DNA of 64,000 bases from Paraspadella gotoi (Eukaryota; Animalia; Chaetognatha). The translations under genes were made by a program, and so were the position numbers. The stretch covers positions 31,501,477 through 31,565,476 of the forward strand of contig CM119264.1 of NCBI GenBank assembly GCA_051294375.1, in the 5' to 3' direction. Shown here in pieces: positions 39,795-52,286 of this stretch. Position 1 is the stretch's first letter, and each line of letters starts with the position of its first letter. The notes under the pieces were generated by a model. That model did no database searches. It saw nothing but the letters and a program-made list of their open reading frames with translations, and was not told the DNA's origin.

Positions 39795-40263
39795 GATGGG
39801 GTGATTGACTTGAAATTTGTATTGCGTAGAAAAAGTGTGTGATTAACTGGAAATCAGTTTCGATGGAATCGTTTGAGTGGAATTGATTTAAATGGAAAAA
39901 ACAAATACTTATTTCACTAATGATTATGCTTCTTTTTCTATTTATTTTTAATGTAAATGCAAATTTATTATTAATCAAATATTAATCAGTTAATTAATCA
40001 ATTAATCAGTTAATTAATCCAAAAATTAATTAATCAGTCCAATTAATCATCAAAACAAACATTCGGATCAAATTAATAAATTAATTTCTAATTAGTTTAA
40101 TAAATAACTTGAATAATTAATATTTAATTAATTAAAATAATTAATTAACTGAATAATTATTAATTAACTATTATTATTAATTATACTATTAATTAACTAT
40201 TGATAATTAATTTACCATTAATGATCGTGGGCAGATCCGACATTGTTTGTTAAAATTGTTTTT
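39795..40263 (+). mobile_element. 3' half of HINE element (in duplicated segment)
   Basis: Matches about 31390-31846, including the 3' subTIR. Confidence 0.8.
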
Positions 40264-40643
40264 AAATTTTTTTGTATAATTTTTCAATGTTTAATGCTTT
40301 AATATTTAAACCTTCAATCATATAATTTTGACTAACAAACTAGATTCTCTTACTCATTATAAACTAGACGCATCAAAGAAAAGATTTGGTTGTGAGACAA
40401 AAAAGAAACAAAAGCGAAAAATATTTGGGGAGAGATCAATATTTAGAGCTGTCGTCGTTTGTCGGTCCCGTCGTCATTGTCGTCGTCATCCGTTGTCGTC
40501 GTCGTTGTCGTCGTCATAGTCGCGTCGTCACTGACAAATCCAAGAAAAGTAAACAAATAAACAAAAAAGAGAGGAAAAAAAGACTGAAATTCGTTTCATC
40601 CAAAGAAAAAAAAAGGATTTTCTCTTCTAGTATAAGTCTGTGA

Positions 40644-40674
<31 letters not shown>

Positions 40675-42993
40675 TCTAGGCTCTGACAGTATTTTCCTTT
40701 TTTTCTTTTTTTCTTTTTTTCTTTATATCTCACATAAGTTTATTTTATTCCCATTTTTTATTCTTCTTTTCTTTTCGAGACTTTTTCTTATTCTGTTCAA
40801 CAAGAATCTTTTTATGTTGCGCCGCGTGTTCTCGCCAGCTGATCTATAAGTCACTTTTCGGTCGGTCGATCGGTCATTTTAACAATCTATTCTTCCGCAT
40901 CATTTGCTATTTTAAATACTTACAACTTTAGTAATACTTATTTATATATGTAGAAAGTTTATATACCATGAGACATGCTTATGAAATGGCGCAGTATAGT
41001 AACTAAATTATATGCAGTCACGTGATGTAAAAGTGGCATATTTTGGGCTAATTCTAGTTTACTTTATTTAATCTTACAGATAAATGATCGACCATGATTA
41101 TAGTTATGAAATCATAACATCATGCAGCTCAACCCATAAATTGAGGATCCTTTTTCCTTTAATTTTTCTTTTCTTTTTTCTTTTTTTTCCTTTTCTTTTT
41201 TCTTTTTCGTTTTCCTTTTATTTTTTTCCCTTTTTTTTTTCTTTTTTTCTTTTTTCCTTTTCTTTTTTTTTTTCTTTTCTCTTTTTTCTTTTCTTTCTTT
41301 CTTTTTCTTTTTTTCTTTTATTTTTTCCTTTCTTTTTTAATTTCTCCTCCCTAGTGATTTCCTTTCCCCAACTGACTCCTTATTTTTGACACTTTTCCCA
41401 AATCGCAACAACATTTTGTTTTCTCAAAAAAGAGAAACGAATCAGCAAAAATATTTTCCTTTCGATTTGACTCAGTTGACCTTAACCCAGTTGATCTTAT
41501 CTCTGTTGACCTTATATCAGCTGATCTGACCTCAGTTGACCTAACCTCAGTTGACCTTAACTCAGTTGACCTAACCACAGTTGACCTGACCTCAGTTAAC
41601 TTTATCTCAGTTGACCTTGCTTCAGTTGACTTACCTCAGTTAACCTTATATAAGCTGACGTGACCTCCGTTGACCTGACCTCAGTTAACCTTATCTCAGT
41701 TGACCTAACCTCAGTTTGACCTTACCTCATTGACCTTACCTCAGTTGACCTTACCTCCGAGTAGATTTCGGGATTCTTAGGTTGTACTTGAAATTAGTTT
41801 GTTTAAATTTGCATCTTAACTGTTATTTCTGATTGACTTTAGTCGTAAATTGGACTAGTATTGCCAAGAGATGATAAACGAGACAGTATGCTCTATTAAG
41901 AAAGTAAAAAGGGGCATGGCATAGCATGGGCATAGGAATGTCTCAATGGAGGCATGGCTAGTAGGGGGCATGGGAAGTCTCAATGGAGCATGTCATAGTA
42001 GGGGCATCGTGATGTCTAAATAGGGGCATGGTATTGCATGGGCATGAGGAATGTTCCAATGGAGCATGGCATAGTATGTGCATGGGGAATGTCTCAATGG
42101 AGGCATGGCATAGCATGGGGCATGAGGAATGTCTCCATTGAGGTCAAATGAAGATAAAGAGAAACAACGCGATCAAAATGTCCGGAAAAGAAAGAGAAAG
42201 AAGACGAAAATATAAAGAACAAAGGAACAAAGACATGGCAAATTCTTAAGTCTAAGAGAACAGGGCAAAGGAACAAAACTTAAGGGAACAGGGCAAAAGA
42301 CTTACCCGAAGGGGAAAGTTAAAAAAAAAGTAGTATATGTGACCAGGGTAATCATATACTACTAAGAAGGTCAGAGAGAGAGAGAGAGAGAGAGAGAAGA
42401 GAGAGAGATCTTAATATATTGGCAAGGGAGATTTAAGACATGGGATGAGAAAACACGGCAGGGTCTGATGTAATATACTGACAAGGGAGATTTGGAGAAA
42501 AAAACATGGAAAGACGAAGCTGAAAATCTGAATATAGTGTAAAAAAAATTAGGAAGAAAACAAAAAAAATAGAATTTTAGATTTCTTTCTTTTTTCTTTT
42601 TTTTCTTTTTTAAAAAAAAATAAAAGAAAATCAAGGGAATTATATGTCAAGAAAATAAAGAGAAATAAAATGAAAATGAAATAAACAAAGTTAAATAAAA
42701 CGAAGTTAAAATAAATTAATCAAATTAAAATTTTAAAAAAATAAATTAAATTAGGTTAGATCATTAAATCTAATCAAATTAAATTAAATTAACCTAACAA
42801 TAAACGATATGGATAAATTGTGAGATTATATTATCGCTACCCGTTTGTTTCTGTTCAATAGCGCCCGATCGCGCACTGGGCTGACGCTTCATCTCCGAAA
42901 TCCAAAGGTCACGAGTTTATATACCTGTTCGGAACGGTCCTTGCAAAAGAGTTCCGTGCCAAGCTTACAGCTCGTTCTGAAATTCCGACATCA

Positions 42994-43052
<59 letters not shown>

Positions 43053-44702
43053 CCGAAATAAAACACGAAGAAAAGAGAACAAAAATAAAGAAAAAGAAAA
43101 ATATGAAAGGAACAAAAAAGCAACTCAGAAAATTGATTTATAGGAAACAACTTGGCCTCCCCTTTATGTAATGAAATTGGTAAAACAAATTATCCATTCA
43201 TTTAATAAATAAACTATCTTGCCCAGACTTTGGACAGGCTTTTGGTGGTTTAGGCCTCCATCAGTCTTACAAGATAAAAGACATAGCAGGTCCTGCAAAG
43301 CTTTCAATATCATGTTAAATTTTGCAAATTATTTTATCCTAAAATAAAGTAAAAAATACAAAATAAATTTAACTTTTTTTTCCTTCTAATAAAATTGAAT
43401 GTTTTTTTTTTCATTTAATCCATTTTTATTTTTCTTTCTTTTTCTTTAATCCGTTTAATCCCACATCTCAACTCCTATTCTGTTCCTCCTTTACCCTCCT
43501 ACCTCTATACCTCCCCCTCTCCTTCATCTCCTGCTCCTGCTCTCCTACTCTTCTCTTCTCCCCTTCTCCCCCCCTTCTCCTCCTCCTCTCCTCCTCTTCT
43601 TCCTTTCTCTTCTTTTCCTCCTCTTTCATCTCTTCCTCCCCATTCCCCCTTTTTCCCTACCCTTCTTCCTCCTTCTCCTTCCTTAGCTCCTCCTCTTACT
43701 TCCCCTCTTCCTCCTTTCCCTCCCCTTCTTCCTCCTCCTCCTTCTCCTTCTTTACTCTCCTTACTTCCCATCTTCTTCCCCTTCTTTCTCCCCCTCTTCT
43801 TCCTTCTCCCTCAGATTCTCTTCTCCACCCCTCCCCCTTATTCCTCCTCCTCTTCCTTCTCCTCTTCTCCCCCTCCTCCTCCCTCCTCCTCCTGCCCCAC
43901 CCCCCCTTCCTCCTCTTCCTCTTCCTCATCACTAAAATGGCGCTAAAGCGAGACAATGGGCCTTTTCCTTCTCCCACGGCTGCCGCCCCCCCCCCCGCCG
44001 CGAGCCTCCGCCGCCTCTTGACTTACCTTTACTTCTCTCTCCTTCTCTCTCCCAGGGTTTTCGCCTTTATCCTTTTTTTTTCTCCTTTGCTTTAATTATT
44101 CTTTCCTTTTTTCTCTCTCTCTCTTTCTCTCCTTTTTTTCTTTCTTTTTTCCTCTTCTTTTTGTTTCTTTTTTCTATTTCCTTTTTTCTTTTTTTTTCCT
44201 TTTTTTTCCTCTTCTTTCTTTTTTTCTTTTTTTTTTTTTTTTCATTTTCTCTTTTTTTTCCCATTTCTTTTCCGTATTTTCATTTTTTCTCCTTTGCTTT
44301 ATTATTCTTTCCTTTTTCTCTCTCTCTTTATCATCATTTTTTCTTTTCCTTTTCTCTTTTCCTCTTTTCTTTTTTCTTTTTTTTTTTTTTCATTTCTTTT
44401 CTCTCTGTTTCTCTTTTTTTTTCTTCCACTGAACGACGACCCATAACAATTTTTTAGTTTTATTTTTCCCGCGGATTTTACTTTCCTCCTCTCTCTCTTT
44501 TCGTTTCTCTCTCTCTCTTTCTCTTCGTCTCCTCTCTCTCTCTCATCCTCTCTCTCTCTCCTCTCTCTCTCTTCTCTCTCACCCTCTGTCACTTTTTCTC
44601 CCTCTTGTTTTATCTCTATCTTATTGCCCATAGGGAGGCTTTTCTTTTCTTTCTTTAAATGAGGGTTTCACCTAAGCAAATTCCCTCTCTCTCTCTCTCT
44701 CG

Positions 44703-44753
<51 letters not shown>

Positions 44754-45312
44754 TCCGAATTCCTCAAACTGTTCACAAATAGAACGTGATCAAGGTTATG
44801 ATTTTATTTAGACCCAAAACTCGGAAGCCAAAGTCCTCCAAGTCCCAGGCTGCTTCGGCTATTTTTATTTTTAATTTAGTTTAGTTTAGATAGAATCCCG
44901 TAGGAGACAGTTTAGTTCTTAATATTAGACTAAGTAGGCTCCATCCGGGGAGTGTAGAAAAATCGATGTTCATTGTCGTTCATCTCTCGTCAGCGGGCGA
45001 TTCCTGGCGTTCACTTAAACTGTACTGACAAATTATACTCCGTAGTAACGTATCAACAAAAGATCAGTGTTTATAGCGTCGACGCCAAGTATCGCACGGT
45101 ACGATCTCTCTTTACCACTATATATATATTAGGCCGGAACAGGTAAAACTAGAAGTTCTCTCAAATAAATAATGGTTAAGTGACTGTTAGAGAATATGAA
45201 AATGAAAATAATTTTTAAAATTTATCTTATTGATAAGCGCACGGAAGCATTTAAAGATTATTTTATAACTATAATATAGTTAAAATTTTTTTTAATTTTT
45301 AATTTTTTTATT

Positions 45313-45628
45313 TAGTAGAAGAAGTTGAATTTGTTTACAGCAACGATTTTTATTGCAACATAGGGACGTACATGTTCTCGGCTTTAAATTACAAGCCTTC
45401 TTCAGCGCCATAGAAAAATTGTTTGTGAATTTTTACAAATTATTTGTGCAAAGGAAAAGTAAGAGGGAGAGAGAGAGAGGGGAGGCGAGAGAGGGCAAAG
45501 TTTCCAACACAGAGTTGAGAAAAGAATAGTGGTCAGATGTGGGACAGGTTTAAGGTGAAGACAGATGAGCTAGATTGTGAAAAGAAATTAAGTGTGAAAA
45601 TTTTGAGAGAGAGAGAGAGAGAGAAGAA

Positions 45629-45659
<31 letters not shown>

Positions 45660-46757
45660 AGAGAAGAGAGAGAGTGAAAAGAAACAAGAAACAATACATT
45701 GTGCAATGTACAAACAGAGATAAATTATTTAAAATAACAGTGAATGAAATATTTTACAATAAACTATTATAAATAATTGAGTATGGAACAGGTGAAATTG
45801 AAATGTGAAAGGAAGGGAGAATTAAGTTTGTAGATATAATGTGGAAATGAAATTTAAGAATTAAGAAAATCGCTCAAAAATGAGCTGGCCCCCTTGGTTG
45901 AAGCAAATGAAGGCAGGACGAATGTGGTCGAGTCATTGGCGCGTCAGTGGCTGAGAGGTCATATCGGTTGACCTGTATGTGATGGACTAGGTAGGCTCCT
46001 TGCGAAGAGTCCAAAGGCTACCCTGATGTCTCTCTGGACTGGTACGCCTGTTGACTGCCCTCTTCTCGTCTGCTGGCAAGATGGTGGTTGTCATTCTTGC
46101 CCGCTTTTGCGGACATGGGTTGTGGACTCTCCCCTTCCTCCTGCAGCCGCCTTTTGGTGGGCGCTACTCCAACAGAGAGGGACGTGAGTTGCTGCAGTTG
46201 AAGGAGAGGCATCGTTTGCTCATTGCCTGCGCAAAGGTCTCCCCTGTTTTGTTGAGTAGAACAGGGGAGTCATTAGCGGCGTGTTGGGCCGGGTCCTCCA
46301 CCACGCTTTGATAAGCGATCACTAGCTGGAGGAGATCGATTGTCCTCGCATTCACGATCAAGAGGCGCCTCGAGACTCTTATATATGATCGCTCTCTAAT
46401 ACCTTCTTGTGAACCAGTTCGGGTACATGGGACAGAATGAGCGCTGACCTCTCTAAATAGAGGCCAGATATTACTGTAGTTCGCTACAATTAGCTCCAAT
46501 CTGTCCTTCTAACCTTAACTTGTCGCGTCACATCTCGCACACTATTCAATTGCTTCAAACTCAACTTAGGTTGCGTAAAGTACCTGTTGCTCCTCTCTCT
46601 GTCTCCCGTCTCTCTCTCTTTTACTTTTCCTTTGCACAAATAATTTGTAAAATTCACAACAATTTTTCTATGGCGCTGAAGAAGGTGAATTTAAAGCCGA
46701 ACATAGTCCCTATGTACCAATAAAATCGTTGCTGTAAACAAATTCAAACTTCTACTA
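45313..46757 (-). mobile_element. Penelope-like element remnant with inverted pseudo-LTRs
   Basis: 45313-45480 is the reverse complement of 46590-46757. Each arm carries a hammerhead motif followed by AATAAA. The GC-richer interior has no clearly recognisable RT/GIY-YIG motif. Confidence 0.7.
45365..45409 (-). ncRNA. minimal hammerhead ribozyme motif (PLE type)
   Basis: GGCG-CTGAAGA-a-GGCTT[gtaattta]AAGCC-GA(G)AA-CATG-TA-CGTC. The extra base in GAAA is absent in the duplicate at 37079-37099. Confidence 0.7.
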
Positions 46758-47374
46758 ATTCAAACACAACAAAACGAAGGAAATTCGATGCCTAATTTTT
46801 TTAATAGATCGATAGAGCTTTAAAAGTTAGATAAAAGTTATTAATAACAAATTTTAAATTTTTTTTGTTTTATTGATAAATTTAAAAAAAAACATAAAAT
46901 TCAGCCAATGATGATGATGATGATATTTTTAAGGTTTTTTTATTTTTAACCAATTTATGTCAAATTTTTTAAAAATATGTAGTACTAACTTTCACTTAAC
47001 TTTTCAAGCTTTATAAGAATCCTTCTTAAAAATAAAATTTTAAAAAAATTGTCATTTGTTATATATTAATAAATATTTAAAAGCCAATGACTAATTTAAA
47101 AAGTTGCATTGAAAATCATTTAGAAATAGAAGGAAAAAAAGATTTTTTTTGAAAGAACTAGAAGTTATAAAAAGTGTTTAATTTTGGCCCGCCTTAATAT
47201 ATATATATATATTTCTGTCTTCTCTCCCTCTCAATCTCTATTTCTCTTTCTCTATATCTATGTCTCTCTCTGTCTCTCTCTCTCTGTCTGTCTCTCTCCC
47301 TCTCTCCATCTTCTCTTCTCTACTCTCTTCTACTCACTATCTCTGTTCTCTCTCTCTTCTCTCTCTCTCTGTCT

Positions 47375-47411
<37 letters not shown>

Positions 47412-47710
47412 ACTCTCTTCTCTCTCTCGCTCTCTCTCCATCGTTTGTCTCTCTCTCTCTTTTTCTCTCTCCTCTCTCTCTCTCGTCTCTCTCTATTCTC
47501 TCTGTCTNNNNNNNNNNNNNNNNNNNNNNNNNTTTGGCCCGCCTTAATTATACTATTATATAATAATTCTCTGTCTCTCTCCCTCTCAATTCCTATTCTC
47601 TCTTTTCTACTATATCTATGTCTCTCTCTGTCTCTCTCTCTCTGTCTGTCTCTCTCCCTTCTCCTTCCACTCTCTCTTCTCTATCTCTCTCTCTCACTCT
47701 TCAGTATCTC

Positions 47711-47749
<39 letters not shown>

Positions 47750-48649
47750 CTCTGCTCTCTCTCTCTCTCTATCTTCTCTCTCTCCCTCCCCTCAATCCTC
47801 TGTCCTCTCCTTCTCTCTTTTCTCTCTCTCTCTTCTCTGTCTCTCTGCTCTCTCTATCTCTCTGTCTCTTTATATCTCTCTCTCTCTCTCATCTCTATTT
47901 CTCTCTCTTTTTCTCTCTCTCTCTCTGAGGAGCAGGAAGAGGAAGAGTTGTGGAGGCGAGGAGCAGGAGGACGAGGAGGAGGAAGGAAGAGAGGGAATAG
48001 GAAGAGGAAGAGGAGGAGGAGTAGGAAGAAGAGGAGGAGGAGGAGCAGAAGGAGGAAAAGAATGAAATTAATCATAAAAAAAAAATCGGACATACTTTCT
48101 TTTGTTTTCTTCCTCGATTGAGTTAAAGAGTGACGCCTTCATGCGGTGAATTACTAAACTAAACGAAAAACGAATAACAAAAGTTTTCACGGTAGGCAGA
48201 GATGATGTGAAAAAACAAAAAAGTGCCATTTTCTGAAACCTATAAATCTTAAAGAATACCCATGAGACACTTAATGTGTAAGGTAAGTGAAATTCGATAA
48301 AGGCAGGTTTTTTTAAAACTAATTCAAGTTTTTTGTAAATTTTTTATAAAACATTTATAGTAGTTAGTGAATATGCTTACAATTTTAATGTATATATATC
48401 TATCATTATCTACAGAGCATAAGCTTTAAGTTTGAACCTATCCCAACTTTTGTACGATTTTTTGTTATTGAATTATAAGTAAAAATCATAATTTACCCAA
48501 AAAAAAATATTAATTAATCAGTTCTTCTCAAAACAGATTATTTCTTAAAAATAAACAATTGTTAAAAATGCAGTTCTACTTATGCTTTAAAACAAATTTT
48601 ATAAAAAAAAATTTATATAAAATATTTTGGTTATAATGCCTTTCTTTTC

Positions 48650-48929
48650 GTTGTGTAATAATTAGAAAAGTTTGAAATGAATCTTTCAACAACGATTTTA
48701 TTTTTAATAAAAAACGGACATGTTTCGGCTTAACTACAAGCCTTCCATCAGCATTAAAAAAGTTAGTGAATAAACACAATTATGTGCATAAGAAAGAGTG
48801 AGAGAGAGAGAGAGAGAGAGCGGCAAAGTTTCCAACACAGAGTTGAGAAAGGATATGGGTCAATGTTGAGGACAAGATTAAGGTGTGAAACAAATAGAGC
48901 CAGTTTGTGAAAAGAAAATTGAAAATGGT

Positions 48930-48979
<50 letters not shown>

Positions 48980-49230
48980 AGGAGAAGAGAAGAGTGAGAG
49001 AACTGGAAAAATAATACATTGTGCATTGTACAACAAAGCTAAATATTGTTTAAAAACTTAATGATTAGACCTTCGTTAACTCAATTACTACTGTGGAATT
49101 AAATAAGTTAGTGAAGATGAGTAATTGTGAAATTTAAATGTGAGGAATAATAGATAGGGATAGTTAAGGCAATTATTATTAATAGTGAAAGTATAAAGAG
49201 TTAAGATAGAGCTCAAAGTGAGCTCTCCTT
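48650..49230 (-). mobile_element. Penelope-like pseudo-LTR/3' end, related subfamily (duplicate at ~51390-51945)
   Basis: Collinear homology with 45340-45890 (GGCAAAGTTTCCAACACAGAGTTGAGAAA, AATACATTGTGCA.TGTACAA, GCTCAAA..TGAGCT) plus a hammerhead motif. Confidence 0.7.
48713..48755 (-). ncRNA. minimal hammerhead ribozyme motif (PLE type)
   Basis: AATG-CTGATG(G)A-a-GGCTT[gtagtt]AAGCC-GAAA-CATG-TC-CGTT. Confidence 0.7.
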
Positions 49231-49580
49231 TAATTAGCATTTTAAAAAAAATCGTGCGTTTTTATTGAATTTACCGATCACCACATTAAGTGTCTCATGG
49301 GTATACTTTAAGATTTTATAGGTTTAAGAGATGGCAATTTTTTTGTTTTCTTTTCCACATTCCTCTCTGCCTAACCGTGTTGAAATAAATTTTTTTTTTA
49401 AATGAGAAATCGGATTAAATGCAGCAAAATAATTATATTTTAATAAATAGAATCAAGAAAAACTAAAATTTCCAATCTAATAATCACAAAAATAAAAGAA
49501 AATCTTTGTTTATTCATATATTATTTTATTTTTATCTTTAACCAACTTTCTCCTGCCCTCTTCCCGTCTTCTCTCCTCAG

Positions 49581-49805
49581 TGCCTCCGCTCCAACGTACC
49601 TGGTCTTTCCTCGGCGCGCCGCCGTCGCGCGCCGACGCAGCTGACGCCGACGTAGAGATCCGCCGCTTCAATGGAGGACAGATCCTTCGGCCTCTTCCTG
49701 CCCCGTCTCCTCCTCTTCTTCCTTCCTCCTCGCTCCTCGCCCTCTCTCTCTCCCCCAGTCTCAACCCAACACACTTACCCTCGCAGTCGCCTCACCTTCG
49801 CTTCC
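49581..49805 (+). pseudogene. truncated, indel-rich duplicate of the Ig3 exon
   Basis: Same acceptor and near-identical sequence to 52287-52505, but with indels and no donor. It sits at the junction of the 47830-52505 tandem duplication. Confidence 0.75.
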
Positions 49806-50618
49806 TCTCTCTCTCTATCTCTCTGTCTCTTTATATCTCTCTCTCTCTCTATCTCTATTTCTCTCTCTTTTTCTCTCTCTCTCTCTGAGGAGCAGGAAGA
49901 GAAAGAGTTGGAGGGCGAGGAGCAGGAGGACGAGGAGGAGGAAGAGGAAGAGGAGGAATAGGAAGAGGAAGAGGAGGAGGAGTAGGAAGAAGAGGAGGAG
50001 GAGCAGGAAAAGGAAAAAGAAATGAAATTAATCATAAAAAAAAAAAAAAATATTTTGAAAAAAAACGACATTTGTCTTTTGTTTTCTTCCTCGATTGAGT
50101 TAAAGAGTGACGCCTTCATGCGGTGAATTACTAAACTAAACGAAAAACGAATAACAAAAGTTTTCACGGTAGAGCAGAGATGATGTGAAAGAAACAAAAA
50201 AGTGCCATTTCTGAAACCTATAAATCTTAAAGAATACCCATGAGACACTTAATGTGATAGGTAAGTGAAATTCGATAAAGGCAGGTTTTTTTTAAAATAC
50301 TAATTCAAGTTTTTGTAAATTTTTTATAAAACATTTTAAGTAGTTTAGTGAATATGCTTACAATTTTAATGTATATATATCTATCATTATCTACAGAGCA
50401 TAAGCTTTAGTTTGAAACCTATCCCAACTTTGTACGATTTTTTGTTATTGAATTATAAGTAAAAATCATACATTTACCCCAAAAAAAATATTAATTAATC
50501 CAGTTCTTTCAAACAGATTATTTCTTAAAAATAAAAGTACAAATAGTTCTCAAAATGCAGTTCTAACTTATGCTTTAAAACAAATTTATAAAAAAAATTT
50601 ATATAAAAATTGTGGTAT

Positions 50619-51368
50619 TATGGCAACAGCCGGGTTGCCTGTGATGCCCATTGGGATGGGCATCTCACTGTTGGCTTTGGGGGCTTCCGACCCTCAGTGA
50701 CGCCTCCAGTCACTGGCGCGGTTACCCTAGGACGGTCTCGCTTTGCACAACGCAGAGGGAAGTCGTTAGGACTGTGGATGGAACACTACGCCTGGGATGG
50801 TGTGTTCCCCCTCTGAGGCCAATGGATTTGGCTGACGGATGTGGACGTGAGCGGTGTGAATATACCGCCACAGGATCCCCGGGCACAGACATCACTCACA
50901 GGTTCCTCATAGCATGAGGAGTGTCTGACAAGACTGTTACCGATGTGGTAGAGAGAGAGAGAGGCAGAGTTGTGGGGGCATAGGCGTTTAGTCGTAGCGT
51001 ACCCCAGGGGCATAGGCGTTTGGTCCGTACGCGTACCCGAAGTCGCAGGGCATAGGCGTTTGTCGTAGCGTGTACCCTGAGAAGGTTGGCGTGTTCGATA
51101 GTAGGGCTCACCACTTATGGCAACAGCCGGGTTCCTGTGATGGCCCATTGGATGGGGCATCTCACTGTTGGCTTTGGGGGCTTCCGACCCTCAGTGACGC
51201 CTCCAGTCACTGGCGCGGTTTACCCTAGGACGGTCTCGCTTTGCCAAACGCAAGGGAAGTCGTTAGGACTGTGGATGGAACACTACGCCTGGGATGGTGT
51301 GTTCCCCCTCTGAGCAATGGATTTGGCTGACGGATGGTGGCAGCTGAGGCGGTGTAATATACCGCCAA
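50619..51368 (-). mobile_element. TRIM-like miniature LTR retroelement
   Basis: ~254-bp direct repeats at 50619-50872 and 51116-51368, reading TGTGGC...GCCATA on the - strand. The 243-bp non-coding interior begins AG-TGGTGAGCCC (PBS-like). Flanks are GTAT/GTAAT, and the element is absent from the paralogous site near 48630. Confidence 0.75.
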
Positions 51369-51447
51369 GTAATAATCCTTTCTTTTCGTTGTGTAATAAT
51401 TAGAAAAGTTTGAAATGAATTTTACAACGATTTTATTTTTAATAAAA

Positions 51448-51489
51448 AACGGACATGTTTCGGCTTAACAACAAGCCTTCATCAGCATT
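51448..51489 (-). ncRNA. minimal hammerhead ribozyme motif, intact core
   Basis: AATG-CTGATGA-a-GGCTT[gttgtt]AAGCC-GAAA-CATG-TC-CGTT: complete catalytic core, palindromic CATG stem III, GUC cleavage triplet and a downstream AATAAA. Confidence 0.82.
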
Positions 51490-51655
51490 AAAAAGTTAGT
51501 GAATTTAAACAAATTATGTGCATAAAGAAAGAGTGAGAGAGAGAGAGAGAGGGCAAAGTTTCCAACACAGAGTTGAGAAAGGATAGTGGTCAATTGTGAG
51601 GACAGATTAAGGTGAAAACAAATAGAGCCAGTTTGTGAAAAGAAATTGAAATGGT

Positions 51656-51724
<69 letters not shown>

Positions 51725-52286
51725 TGAGAGAACTTGAAAAATAATACATTGTGCATTGTACAACAAAGCTAAATATTGTTTTAAACTTAATGATTAGTGT
51801 TAACAATTATCTACTGTGAATAAATAAGTTAGTGAAGATGAAATTGTGAAATTTAAAATGTGAAGGAAATAGAGGTGAGGGATAGTTAAGCAATTATTAT
51901 TATAGTGAAGTATAAGAGTTAAGATAGAGCTCAAAGTGAGCTCTCTTTAATTAGCATTTTAAAAAAATCGTGCTTTTATTGAATTTTACTGATCTACCAC
52001 ATTAAGTGTCTCATGGGTGGTATACTTTAAGATTTTATAGGTTTAAGAGATGGCAATTTTTTTGTTTCTTTCACATCCTCTCTGCCCTACCGTGTTTGAA
52101 TATAATTTTTTTTTAAATGAGAAATCGGATTAAATGCAGCAAAATAATTATATTTTTAATAATAGAATCAAGAAAAACTAAAAATTTCAATAATACAAAA
52201 ATAAAAGAAAATCTATTGTTTATTCATATATTATTTTATTTATCTTAACCAACTTCTCCTGCCCCTCTTCCCTCTTCTCTCCTCAG

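Larger units (their letters stand above)
25850..45385. repeat. overlapping multi-kb duplications
   Basis: 25850-30030 (very noisy) matches about 30100-33590; 39795-45385 matches about 31390-37099. Confidence 0.9.
48188..49379. mobile_element. non-autonomous DNA transposon with ~110-bp TIRs and CACGG...CCGTG ends (CMC/Chapaev-like)
   Basis: 48188-48300 is the imperfect reverse complement of 49262-49379 and is flanked by T runs. The superfamily is inferred from the termini only. Confidence 0.65.
50165..52094. mobile_element. second copy of the CACGG-ended element, with nested insertions
   Basis: TTT|CACGGTAG ... CTACCGTG|TTT; contains the LTR pair and the PLE pseudo-LTR. Confidence 0.65.
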
